This document shows, piece by piece, positions 26,823 through 40,532 of a stretch of 64,000 nt of DNA. This DNA comes from Octopus vulgaris (taxonomy: Eukaryota), in contig OX597816.1 in NCBI GenBank assembly GCA_951406725.2, forward strand, positions 134,788,001 to 134,852,000, read 5' to 3'. Each line of letters opens with the position of its first letter. Within the stretch, counting starts at the first letter, position 1. The translations under genes were made by a program, and so were the position numbers. The notes beneath the pieces were generated by a model that was not told the DNA's origin, made no database searches, and worked only from the letters and a program-made list of their open reading frames with translations.

Positions 26823-27581
26823 TTCAAGATTGTTCATTAACCTCTTAGTACAACAACCAAAAGCGCCAATGATCAACAAATAAAAGAAGTGCTTCTTTTT
26901 CCTAGTGATATTGAATAAAATGGTAATTTCTAATAAGGAATTTTTATTCAGTTCGGCAGCTATTAGCGACACCAGTGATTTATTAATCATTGCTTTTTTC
27001 AATAGAAGCGAAATTTGTCTAAGCATACGGTTGCTAGTGGATACTTGCAACAAATGACGTGCAAATAAGCAGAAATCCCGATTTAGTAATTCCGCTGCCG
27101 TTGCCTGGATGCTTTTCGTCTGCTGCTGATACATTTCTGCGCTGTGTGTTCATACGAAATGCTTCCTCAAGACGAATACCGCAGTATTGTGGCTTACTAC
27201 ACTATATCCAGCGACATCAATTATCACAAGTTATTTCATCCGATACTTCTCTCGTCGTTAACGAATTCGTTTTCATTTAAAAGTTAGACAAATGAGAAGG
27301 TTATGATCTTTGCTGTTCCAATCAGGCTGGTGTAAATGACGCAGTTACTTCTCTACCTTAACATTTATACATGAATGAATATTGGCAGATGGCTGGGCAG
27401 GGAATAATGCTTCTGGTCCCAGTAATTCCGGATAGATGACCTATACAAAATATTTGGGTTTTTGCTTTGTTTCCTATTCTGGAGGCTTCGGCGAAAATTT
27501 TGGTGAAAACGTCCCAGCAATATACCTTGCATTGAAAAGTACCATTGTATTGGGTAGTACCTTATGTCATCGTTTCCTACA

Positions 27582-27969
27582 CCGTGGAGGCACAATGGCC
27601 CAGTGGTTAGGGCAGCGGACTCGCAGTCGTGGGATCGCGGTTTCGATTCCCAGACCGGGCGTTGTGAGTGTTTATTGAGCAAAAACATCTAAAGCTCCAT
27701 AAGGCTCCGGCAGGGGTGGTGGTGGTGAACGCTGCTGTACTCTCTCACCACAACTTTCTCTTACTCTTTCTTCCTGTTTCTGTTGTACCTGTATTTCAAA
27801 GGACCAGCCTTGTCATACACTGTGTCACGCTGAATTTCCCCGAGAACTACGTTTAGAGTATACGTATCTGGGGAGTGCTCAACCACTTACACGTTAATTT
27901 TACAAGCAGGCTGTTCCGTTGATTGGATCAACTGGAACCCTCGTCGTCGTAACCGACGGAGTGCCACGA
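27582..27969 (+). mobile_element. tRNA-derived SINE (body B, tail Z)
   Basis: GGAGGCACAATGGCCCAGTGGTTAGGGC..GGTTTCGATTCCC head; TSD-like TTTCCTACA at 27573-27581 and 27970-27978. Confidence 0.85.
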
Positions 27970-30885
27970 TTTCCTACAAAAGTATTAAATGGTGTTTAGC
28001 AGTGACATCAAAGTGCATAAGAAAGAAAATTTTGTACATAGGCATCCTTGTTTAAGATCTAAGAAAAATTACGTTTGCCTGTGTACACAAACAGATACAC
28101 TGACTTACTTGACTCATACCTACATGTATAGAAACACGATGGCTTGAAACACATTTTCAAGTATTGCCATCGCCCGATCGAAAATTCCACACATGCTACG
28201 ACCAGCCATTTTTGTGATAGGTCTTACTTCTTTTTTTTTTTTTCATGCGATGCCTGTGCGTGATGAATTTTTATAGCGGGGAAAGGATTTACACAAATCC
28301 AATCCCACTCTCTGATCTGAACATGGGCAACATAAATGCTAGGTTTGATAAGAAATTGAAGCTTTCAGTTCAAATAGTAAATTAACTGGCTGCAACAATA
28401 TTCCGGGAAATCAGTCAACTGTCTCCATCAAAATTTCCTGTCATAATTGTGATAACCAAGACATGTAGATATCACTTTTTTATACTGAGTTTCGTGCTAT
28501 TGAAAAGGTTTGCAGGATTTAGATTACAAAGTAACCTGATCGACACCCCAGGCCTCAGCATCATATTGTGTGTGTGTGTGTGTGTGTGTGTCTGTGTGTC
28601 TGTGTGTGTGTGAAGTTACCTGCTACTTCAGGGCTCTTAAAAATCCAACTGAATAATATACAACCTGGTCTTGAGAATTAGCTGTCTCTTCTGATTTATA
28701 GCATCATTTCCTCTCCGATTAGCATTTCTTGTAGCCTTCAGTTAACTTCTCTTACGACATGTTTTGATGCTAAGATTCCTCGCTCGGTTACTCGCTCACT
28801 CGCAAAGCCATTTGAAATAAGGTTGTCTGATGTTAATGTTTGAAAAGATTCTAGCAATCAGTTGCAGTTCTATTTGAATAATTTCGTCAATGGATGATCG
28901 AATTTGTTCATTGAAGGCCCTTTTCACCTTTCAAAGAGTTCATTTCCCAGCTGGAAGAGGTAACTGCCATCATCGCCATGGAATTATCATTGAAGAACTC
29001 TCCATTGGATCGCATTAGAGGTGTTAATAAAACGTTAGACTTACTACCCAGCCTTGCCCGGTAAAGTATTCACAGAATTGTTTGCCAGTTTGTAGAATGG
29101 GAAAGGATCAATTTGCATTTTTGCGGATTTTGGCCTCGAGTAAGTTCTCTTGATGTTGAACAATAGTTGTTCTTGTGCGAGATGTAGGGCAGTTTAAACA
29201 TGGCATATGCAGTTCTTCATGTTGTACACATCGTATCTTGAAATACTTTGTTTTTTTTTGTTTGAACTTCTGTCCTGTTGTACATTTGCAAGGGTGTGAA
29301 AGTAAAGAGATAAAAAGGAAGCATACAGTTTTGAGGCGATAGGGTAAAAAAGGAAGAATATAGCTTTGAGGCGATATAACTGAGTTATAGCAGAAAAGAA
29401 AGTGAGGAAAGTTGGAAGAACTGGAATAAAAAAGAATAAAAAAGAAGGGAGCAGTATTGCAAAAAATGTCTTCTCTTATAGAGAGTAGCATAAAATCAAA
29501 TGTTAATTAAATTAAGTGTGTGTGAGAGAGAGAGAGAGGGAGAGAGAGGGGGAGAGAGAGGAGAGAGAGGGAGAGAGAGAGAGAGAGAGTAGTAGTAGGT
29601 TGGATGCAGAAAAATAAAGGAACCTGGCTTGAAAAATACTATGAAAAGAAACAGGAAGAACAGGAGAATAAAGCATACACAGACGCACGTATATTATATA
29701 CATATATACTCATATACAGGGAAGGAAGATATGGGATAAAGTGAAGACAAATCTCAGATTCAGAATCTCTGAATCTCATTGACATTATGGTGCTGGGGAA
29801 AGACTCGCCCACTCGTGAAATCGTGACAAAAACGGTTATCAAAATGGTGAAGATGATAGAAGTTGGGATGTGTAATATATCTACATCTGAGTGTCTCGCC
29901 CACCATATATTCCTGATAAGTTCAATCTACTGCTCTTTTCATTACTCTCTAATCAATCACTCACTATCTCTCCTGTGTACTCCTACGCCTCTGTGTCCAT
30001 AGTCCTCTCAATACCACCCTTCATTCCAATCAATCATCTACCACGGCGCCTAAACAATGACAGCATTAGAACTGTCCATATTCTATAGGCTACAACTATC
30101 ACCTTTTTACTACAAATCATCACTCCGTCTGTTTGTCTGTCTGTCTCTGTCTGTCTCTGTCTGTCTGTCTGTCTGTCTCTCATATCACCTTCGTTGATAT
30201 CCGCTACTTCCTTCTGTCATCACTCATCTCTGATGTTACCCATCACTCTCTCTCTCTCTCTCTCTTATACAATCACCTACCTTTGTCGATATCCTTCAAC
30301 TTTTCACTGTCTCTCATAATAACGTCTCCAATCATTCTTTTCTAATAAGATCACTGTATTTTTGTTGACAAACATCACTTCCCCACCTCTGTGTCTTTCA
30401 TCAACCAGCCCTCCTCACCAATACTTCTTTCACCTTGTCTCTCTGATACGTATGCAGCTGTCTATTATTATTCCCTTTTCCATTACTCCTTTCCCAACTA
30501 TCACTCTGTCTCTGCAATTAACTCATATTCATGCTCCCTCTTCTGCTTAACCACTCGATCATATGAACAAACGCAGACAATCTTGAGACGAATCTACAAG
30601 TCTTGTAGAGGACTAGGCAACTTCTGTAATGCCTGTGCCACGATAAAATTCACGCAGTGAGAGAAGAGAAATTCGAAGGATTGCTTTCGTCCAGTACAGC
30701 GCCAATCATATCTATAGGAGATATGAATTTGAGCCCCACTAGCAGCCTTCGACTTTTTCTATCACGAAAGGGCTTTTACATGCTGGTCTTCATGGCTGTA
30801 TGCGAACTGCTTCAAGAACAAGCAATCCGTACACGCAGCCCTAAATCCGTTCGCGCGTGCACGCGTATGTAGCAGGCACCAACAC

Positions 30886-30925
<40 letters not shown>

Positions 30926-33598
30926 GCGCGCCTCCACAAACACAACCAATAACATACCAACACAACAGCAACCAACATACCAGCAACCAACACACCAACA
31001 ACCAACACACACACACAAACACAAACATATGCATGCACTTACACTCACAAGTTTACTTATACAGCCAATAGCATACCCGCATCCACGTATTCACACTCCT
31101 CGTACGTGAGTATATACATGCACACACACGCGCACACGCGCATACAGACTCATACATCTCACCACCGGCAGACGCCGTCAATTTTCTATCCAACCACGCG
31201 GTTTCCTTTTCTAATGGAATTGATGTCGCTAAGGAATTGACATTATTCGCTAGAATACCATGTAACCCGCTTTCACCAATGGCAGCCTATCTTCCGATAG
31301 CTTTTTTTGACTTCCTGGATCTTTCTATTCGGCATTCCAGAAGCCCGAAGGAGTCGGGCTCCCGTTAGGGGCCTGCGAAATTTGAAGTAGCACGGTACCG
31401 AATCAAACTATTTTGAAGATCGCATGTAACTACTACAAGATGTGTTGAGTGCCTGTTTCTTTCGTTTGTTCACTTGTATACATGTTTTCTTTCTCTGTCT
31501 ACATGTCTACCAATATTTCTTAATCCTTAACTTTCTATTGCTTTCTCTATCGTTTCACTTAATAACCAACTATATCTTTTTCTTTCAATACTCGTCTCCT
31601 TTTGTCTTTCTATCATTGTTTTTTTTACTTGCTCATTTTAGTCGTATCTTTTTAACCTCTGTCTTTCTATCTATTCCTATTTTCGATTCGTCTATTCCTA
31701 TTCAGTTTTATCTCTCTACGACCCTCCCTCTCTCTCATTCTTTGTCTTTCTCTCAACGCACTAATGCTCTTTCCTTTTCTCCCTTACCCAAAAGCATCAT
31801 GTGACATTCTTGTTTTTCAAGCTACCCATCCTTTTTGCATGAACCGCTCTCATGGTCAGTCGCTTTTTTTCCCCCCACTAGCTCCTGATTGGTCTAAGAT
31901 TTTAAATATAGTTCCGGTTCCTGGTTCGTCTAACTTTAATATCAATAGTTTCAAATGAATGAGATATATTACTGCTTCACTGCGACCCACACCTTTGTGT
32001 CAAAGTATTCGTGTCTTTAGATAGATAATCTGCATGAACTTATTTGGTTACTTTCAAAATCTTGAGTGGTTTGCAGGCACTAACTCCCTCGCCCGCGCGC
32101 TTGATCAGTTTTTGCGAGGTACGAAAAAATTGATTAGTTGTTAGCAGTTTAACAAATGGTACTATACTATGAAGAAATTCAAATTTATATTAAGACAAAC
32201 ACAAGTATCAACTTATTAATTATTTGATACTATTTTCTTGTTCATGTTGAACAAGTTATTAAATCTGAACTGGCAGCTTTGATAACTTAATTCCGAAATA
32301 TTGTTAACGTGGTTAGTCCCAATTGTGGATATTCTAAATCACGTGAACAAAGCATTGCAGAGTTCTTGAAACATTTACTAAATATTAACTGAATTTCACT
32401 GGATATCTTAAATCCTTTGCTGTTTAAAAACTTCGTATTATAAATGACGATTTAAAAAAAAATCATATTTATAACGAAAAGTGCAAATAGTGAAGAAATT
32501 GACTTTTTTTTATCGATTTCCTTTTAAGGATTATCCAATAGTTTAGCTGTTGTTGTTTCGTTTCACGAAAGACCTTTTATGAAATATGTTCAATACATGA
32601 CTATCCTGTCTTTTGCTGGTTCTGTGCCTTTAGGACTACATTGGCCACTGTGTTATTCTTCTTTCAAAATTGGTGGCAACGAGTTTGTGAGTAATCTGGT
32701 TGGTATTTCTGGTACGTTGAGTTATTATGTTGAGAGAACAGTAGCTAGTCAAGTAATGAGCTGAGTGGTCCGGGTCAACTGTAAGTAGGCTTATGGTACG
32801 TAGGTAGCCGGCCAAACAATTAAACATGACCGATAGATCAATCTTCCCAGTTATAGCATGTCTCTGTTTCATTGAAGACCAAATTGTACATGCCGGCAAG
32901 AAATGATAATCATATGGAGTGCAGTGTGACAGTCTGGCTAAGTTGCACACCCTCCACTGTTCAGTCTATTTCTACAGATTCTGGTGGTAGCCACTGAAAA
33001 AGCGGGGAAAGTAACAGTTGCTGTTTCTCCGTAATTATCATTACCAGTGTACATCACAATACAGTGTTTAAAGCTGCCTATTTGTGCCTTTTTCTGATAA
33101 GTATGCGTTTTTCTTTTTACTTCTTGTCTGGTAGATATGGTATTTTTGAATGTTATTGTTGCAGTGTCTGGACTGCTGAATGTGTGTCTAAGTGTGTGGA
33201 ATAGGTTTCCAAGAATTGATTGGGATTAAATAGAGGAAAAGTTTGGAATAATTTGAGCTCCGTACATGTCCACGTAGTCTTTCGTTTTGAGTATTTTTGT
33301 TTCGTTATGCAGCTAGTTTTTATACAACTTATGATACGCAGTAAATTATTGTTTTGTGTTCCTTGTAATTTAGTGGGTTTTATTGTGAAGAGATTGAGAA
33401 CTAAGGTACAGCAAGCAAGAAAGACCTAATCTATCGAGCGTACATCGTTACTGATACTTCTTTTCCATAGCCAAATATGGTACCTATGATTAATCTAAGT
33501 ATGTCTGTGTGTCATTTTGTATTATTTAATTATGCCTTCCGTGTGTTTTTATTAATGTAGTGCTTGTGTTGCATGTAACCCCCATCTCTCATTCTTGA

Positions 33599-33629
<31 letters not shown>

Positions 33630-33938
33630 CTAATGTATTTCGTGTTGCTGGCTTTTATTTTGTAAGCTCACATTAGTTTACATTTATTGTGTGGGTGTCG
33701 TTTTCTATTAGTTTACAAATGTAATTTATGATATATATATATGTGCTGAATGCACGTTTTTATGTATATTATAAGATCACCACTCCCGTTGTGAAAGGAT
33801 CTATCTAGACTAGTTTGAGTATTATTTGAAATGATGGATATCGTGTGATCTGTTCGTTAGAATATTTTATGAATTATTTCTACCCGAATATCGTGAGTTG
33901 TGATAAAAACCTTCCCTGCCATAAAGGTGTCTAATACC

Positions 33939-34100
33939 TATTTCTTTATTACCCACAAGAGAGGACAAACATAGAGAGGACAAACAAGGACAGACATAGG
34001 TATTAAGTCGATTACATCGACCCCAGTGCGTAACTGGTACTTAATTTATCGACCCCGAAAGGATGAAAGGCAAAGTTGACCTCGGCGGAATTTGAACTCA
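33939..34100 (-). mobile_element. 5'-truncated SINE family M with 16-bp TSD
   Basis: TSD AAAGGTGTCTAATACC at 33923-33938 and 34101-34116. Confidence 0.9.
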
Positions 34101-34431
34101 AAAGGTGTCTAATACCATTAGTGTTGTACTGTATAATTTTTGTCACGTTTACAACCATTATTTATTTATTTATTTTATGTATAGCGTTTTAAAAGTATTG
34201 TGTGCGGGCTCGCGACGTTGAAAAGGGAGATAAAAAAAGTACCTTCTGCTTTTATCGTTGTTGTCTTTTATTCGTTTTCTTTTGTTGTAAAGTGGTGTTT
34301 TTTTATCTGCATTATTTGTAAATATTGTTGTTTTGTGGCGTTGGTGCAAGAATTTTGCTGGCTTTGTCAGATACCTATCTTTATAGTTGTCTTAGAGACT
34401 CACCTCGCGCAGATTCATGAAGGCCTTCGCA

Positions 34432-34588
34432 CGTATTCTTTTATTTTTTTATTTGTTTTAATCATTTGACTGTGGCCATGCTGATGCACCGCCTTAACGG
34501 GTTTTTAGTCGAAGAAATCGATCCCAGGACTTATTCTTTGTAAACCTAGTACTTATTCTATCGGGCTATTTTGCCGAACCGCTAAGTT
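34432..34588 (-). mobile_element. 3' tail fragment of SINE family C
   Basis: CATTTGACTGTGGCCATGCTG..GCCGAACCGCTAAGTT. Confidence 0.8.
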
Positions 34589-35432
34589 CAGAAATATTGG
34601 TGTGTTGAGGAACATCACTCGGTTGGCCTCCTAGCCGCAACTACCCAGTCTTCTTTTCTGGCATATTGTATTCAGCATTAGCTTATTCTCTTCCTCTAAC
34701 CATTTTAAAAGACGGTTGGGTAATATTTATGTAAGAATTTCTTGTAGGTCGAGCCACTGTAATAGAGGCTTCATCGCTAGCTCGTCAAACAATTTATTCT
34801 TGAGACAGTGATATCTAAGGATTCGTTTTATGTATTCGTTTGATGTTTTTAAAACCGATTTTAAATTTCGCATGTGAATTTCGTAAGATATTTACGTTCA
34901 GTTTCAAGGATGCTTGTTTTTAATCTCGTAGACTATCTTCGATTCTCAGTTGTTCAGAGTCGATGTCTATTAAAAAACAAAAACAAAGAAACTTGAATGT
35001 TGATTTTTGATGACAACGTATTTAACGGAAAGCAATAACTGTAATTACTTCCAACACAATTTATTTTCTTCAGTCCCCCAAGTATATAAAAGTGCCATGA
35101 CGGCGTTTAAATCACGTCTTTTAAAATTATGAGCTAAATTCCCATAAGGAAAAATTTTGTTTCTTATCATTGTGCGAAGTCAATATATATTATTAGTCAA
35201 GGACCAGGGTCAATATAATCAACTATGTCACTGCCAGTAAATTTCTGGTCTTTATTATAATCATTTACTTTTATATTCTACTTCTCAATCTGTGAACAGA
35301 ACCACTATTGGTTACAGGTTTCCAATACTGTATTTCTGACTGCGAGAGTGACAAGGGGACATCTGTAACTTGATGAGTCCTGTTCGAAGAGCATTGGATT
35401 TTTGCTAGTTTACATCGTTCGCCGATATACAT

Positions 35433-36205
35433 TGTAGCGTACACTCTGTAGCGTACACTCGAGTGAAATTCCTCTCCCCTTTATTATATATACGTATATA
35501 CAGACGTAGCAGATAATAGCTAGCCTTTGGCTACTATTTGGACCCCGTTGTGTCTACTGCTCTGATTGGTTGGTATTGGCACAATTTGTTTCTTACTCTG
35601 TCGTACTAATCTGCAGCGTCTAACCAATCGAAGCCCCTAAATAAGATCACGTGAGACAATCTGTTCACAATCCCGGTTGAGCCTACTCTTCATTATATAA
35701 ACTCACCTTCTCCTCGTCTCGAAGTCTTTGGTTCCAGACCTTCTAAGGTCTAGCCACGGATCACACAAGACACAGTCATTTCCAGCGACTACTCCAGACG
35801 CCCAGGTTTCAATATAGCACTGTTCGTGAATTACTTTAACAGCAAAGATACAACCTGCGAGCCAGACGACAACGCCGTCCAACAGCATTACGGTAATTTC
35901 TTTTTTCGTCGATACCATCTTCTTCTTAACAATGTCAACAACGTCTCTACGTACATAGCTCAACCAGCAACTTGCACAGGTTCCAAATAGCACTGTCTGT
36001 GAATTACTTCACCATGGTTAACAGCAAATACGACCTGCGAGAACTCCTGTACAAATGACCCAGGCAGCAGCATTACAGCCATAACTTCATACAACACATA
36101 CCACAACTGGCTCTGCATCATGGCCACAACTTCTTGATACAGTATTTCAGTCACCGTGTACAATTGACTACGAACTGGTATTTCTCATTCTTGTGTCGAT
36201 GAACA
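35433..36205 (+). promoter_or_regulatory. LTR-like / promoter-like segment
   Basis: Begins TGTAGCG (14-bp duplicated); CCAAT boxes on both strands (~35563, ~35623), CACGTG (~35648), TATATAAA (~35694), then internal diverged tandem repeats. TG..CA ends and TSD not confirmed. Confidence 0.3.
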
Positions 36206-36412
36206 TTCGTCTAACTTCTCATTATGGACTCTTTCACTTTCTTCCTCATTGTTGTTCTTATATGTAGCACACGCATACATCCATGCACGTACACGCATAA
36301 CTTTGTTCTCATGTTGATGGTGGGGTGCGAGATAGAAAGTGTGTGTTTGAGAGAGAGAAAGAGAGAAAGTGAGTGTGTGTGAGGGAGAGAGAGTGATAGC
36401 GTGCATTTCAAC

Positions 36413-36466
36413 ATGAGCTTCTATGATTGTACAGATTGTTGAAAGTAGATCTTTTTTGAGTGAGTG

Positions 36467-36526
<60 letters not shown>

Positions 36527-37219
36527 TGTGATAGCGTAATGCCCCTCTCTCTTTCTCTCGCTCTCTCTCAGTCAAACACACAATAAAAGCAGTTGCGAGA
36601 AAAAGTAAATTAATTTTACGCTCTCTCTCTCTCTCTCTCAGTTAACCTTCTATTCGGTTGTGTCTCTCTTCCCAACTGGTACATATGTATTATTCCAGCT
36701 TTCTGAACGGAGTCATTAAATGGTCACACCACACTTCACCTCGACCATCTATTCATACATACATACATACATACATACATACATACATACATACATACAT
36801 ACAAGCATGCACACACACATACACACACAATTTCTCTCTCTCCCTCTCTCTCCTTCTCTCTATCTCTCACTCACACATCACTCGATGAGCTTCCGCACAG
36901 TTTCGAGCTACTAAATTTCACTCACAAGGTATTGATCAATTTGAAAATATTGAAGCTATTCAGACAAGGTTCTGCGCAGTACAATAAAACCACGGGATTA
37001 CGAGGCGAACCTTTTTAATGTGCACCCACGTTTTCGAGTAGGTTTATATTTGAAATCAATATAATGCTATACGTAATAGTACGTTTACATACCCCGCGAT
37101 AAATATTCTATGGTTAATCATAATAGCTTTACTTTGACCCCAAGGAATTTCAGATTAGAGTGTTCAGAAGATAGAGATGCAATTATGAGCTTCTATGATT
37201 GTACAGATTGTTGAAAGTA
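36413..37219. repeat. 37-bp direct repeat pair
   Basis: ATGAGCTTCTATGATTGTACAGATTGTTGAAAGTAGA at ~36413 and ~37185. The neighbouring GA-rich block 36450-36640 is also homologous to 38235-38430. Confidence 0.7.
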
Positions 37220-37668
37220 GACCGATAGTATGGATTATTGCATACATTAGGGAAATAGAGACAAAACGAAAATGAAGATAGTAATATCTACGATAGGGTT
37301 CAGCGTAATACAAAGGCAAACATGACCTAACTTTTGAAGCTGATTTGACCGAGTACATTTCAGAAAGGTGGAGGGAGAGTATATATAATAAAATCGATAT
37401 GACATTTTTATTCAGATATCAGAGTTCGCACTAAAACAAGAAAAAAAAAACATGCTCAGTGTAGCGTAACATATAACTTTCTTATTGTTACATCGGTTTC
37501 GTTCATTGGGCCACGGCTATGCTGACGTATAGTGTTTTAACGCGGAACTAAATACTCCAAAGCATATTTCTTCGGTCACCCAACAGCATTATGTATGCAT
37601 GCATGAATATTTTAGTATTTTAGACTAACACAGTGTAGGAAACGCACATCTTAACTACACGGATATGA

Positions 37669-37716
<48 letters not shown>

Positions 37717-37895
37717 ATACAAAATTTAAAGGACTGACCACTAAAAGTGGACGGTCAACATGCTAGATATAGACGTCAAATCGCTATTTTCCACAAAGAA
37801 TATGTTCTCAAATAAAAACTCAGCACAAACCAAAGCATTACATTTTAAATTAAATATATATATGTGTGTTTGTATGTATATATGTATGTATGTAT

Positions 37896-37933
<38 letters not shown>

Positions 37934-38276
37934 GTAAAAGGCAGGATGTTTGTGTGTGTGTGTAAGTGAATATAATTTATGCACGTCCACAAATTAGCAC
38001 GCATGTCGCTCCAATTTTAGGAGGACATTAGTCACGATCATGTCTGTGTTTTTAACTTATTTTTCCTGAGACACTCGCGGATAGCGTAAAAATCGATTTT
38101 CAATCATAACTTTTACCAATTTTGAACGTTTGCTAAGTCCCCTTCTTGCAATGACGAGGAGAAGGTGTGTTGATGTATGTGTGTGTGTATGTGTGAGGGA
38201 GAGAGAGTACACTTAAAAAATTTACTTTTCGTTGCATCCTTTTTGAGTGAGTGATTGAGTGAGTGAGTGAGAGAGA

Positions 38277-38331
<55 letters not shown>

Positions 38332-38413
38332 TGATAGCGTAACGCTCCCCCTCTCTCTCTGTCGAGCACACTAAAGACGCAAGAAAAAGTAAAATAAAAT
38401 TTACGCTATATAT

Positions 38414-38456
<43 letters not shown>

Positions 38457-38580
38457 TGCAACACACACTTCCCCCATCTCTCTCTTTCCGACAACATACA
38501 ATGAGTAACTTCCTTCGCTCTGTTATCTTCTATGCTGCCAAGACTTTTGTCATGCCATCTTTCTCTTCAATGGAAAGAAT

Positions 38581-39130
38581 TTTTCAGCTCATGATACAGT
38601 GCATTCCAGACGTTTTAAATACTTCAGATTAATTTTTAAGTAGCACAAAACTCTGAACTTCTTCAAAGTAGGAAGCTCTGACTTCAAAACACTTGTACAG
38701 CTCCAGCCATTTCGTGGTGACCCCATGGTATTCAAGACGCTTGTCACAACCATCATCATCTTCAGCTTGGAGAACAGCCAAAAGTCATAGGGAGCAAGGT
38801 CTGGACTGTAGGGAAGGTGAGGGACAGTTTTGATCCCCTTCTCTGTCAAGTAGTTGGTTGCCAAGATGGAGTTGTGGACAGGTGCATTGTCGTGGTTCAG
38901 GAGCTCTGACCTTTTGCGACAATATTTCTTTCTAAACTCTCTCAAATCCTCCACAAAGTAGTCTTTGTTGACCGTTTGGCCAGAGGAAACCCATTGGAAC
39001 AGATGATGCTCATGCTGTCGAAAAATGGAATCATCATGATTTACTGATGGAATTGCTTTGCCTGACTTCTTGAGCCAGCGAAAAACATGCTCGGCCCATG
39101 CAAGTTAATCTATAAGGAGTCTGGAGTATA
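38581..39130 (-). pseudogene. Mariner transposase relic
   Basis: LLNHDNAPVH...VPHLPYSPDLAPYDFWLFSKLK (HDNA and YSPDLAPxD motifs). Confidence 0.85.
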
Positions 39131-39739
39131 CCATAAGTTTCTGTAGTGGTTTCTGCCCAGTTTAAAGTAAAACTTTATTGCATAGCGAACTTCCAATCAC
39201 CTTCACGTTCCGTTTGCGTTCTGCAAACTAGTTAAAAGTGACAAACAGTGTTTAGTTGGGTGTTTTCAAAGTGCCTTTACAGCAGTCTCCTTCAATCTAG
39301 AATAACAAAAGTTGGCAGCTCAGCTTATTAGATGTATAATAATGATATACTAAAATTACAATAATCGTCCCAAAAAGTCTTAAACCTTTTGGAATGCTCT
39401 TCATACCATGTTGGGTCTTTCTTACTATTGAGGCATATTGTCTACTACTTCATGCCAGTCGCAGACCAGCGTGCATGTACTGGACATCCTATCACATTTT
39501 TTATTTCCATTTCAACAGCAGCTCTCTCTCTCTCTCTCTCCACTTTTCCGCCCCTCCCCACACATACAAAAAGATGCAGACACATACACATACATACAAA
39601 CATACACGTATACTGACAAAGTGACTGATATAATTAAAAAATATAACATAGACAAATATAATTCAAGTTAATTTAATAGAAGTCTTCTGTTTATATACTT
39701 CTGTATGTATGTATGTATGTATGTATGTATGTATGTATG

Positions 39740-39782
<43 letters not shown>

Positions 39783-40244
39783 GCACATATAGGCACACAT
39801 ATATATGAATATGTGTGTCGGTGGGTGTTGTGCATAAGTGCGTATGTGTGCATATGAGTACTTGTTTGCTTGAGTGTGTGTTTGTGTATGTGTGCCGTTG
39901 TTTGCATGTGTGTGTGTGCATACGTACTTTCTTTCGCCCGCGAACACACACACACACACATACACACACGCAAACAAATTTACACATTCATACACTCACG
40001 CACGAGAACTCCCACACATATACGGGCCTTTCGCAGTGATTATTGATGTTGCACTGTCTTTCCATAATAACCTTGACATTTTTCTTATTCTCGTCAATGT
40101 CACTTCATAGGATAGTGTTTTACATCTTACAGATTCCTTTTCTCAGCGGTTGTGTACGTATGTGCGTATTGCACTTCAGGTTTCATATATGCTTATATGA
40201 GCGTGTATGTGCGTGCGCACGTGTACATATGTGTGTGTATATAC

Positions 40245-40282
<38 letters not shown>

Positions 40283-40496
40283 ACTTGCAAATATATATAT
40301 ATATATGTATGTATATGTATGTATATGTATGTATATGTGTGTGTGTGCATATATGTGCGTATGTGTATGTGTGCGTGTGCGTATATGCGTGCGTGTATGC
40401 ATACATATGTGTATATGAGTGTGTGTGTATATATATATGTGTGTGTGTGTATTTATATATATATGTTTATATATATGTATGTATATATACGAGTAT

Positions 40497-40530
<34 letters not shown>

Positions 40531-40532
<2 letters not shown>

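Noticed and set aside
28870-30830. Possible Helitron helicase or LINE RT remnants, or exons
   Set aside because: Only vague similarities; no motif I could support.
32579-32790. Possible coding exon ending at ACT|GTAAGT
   Set aside because: No recognisable protein similarity or supporting neighbouring exons.
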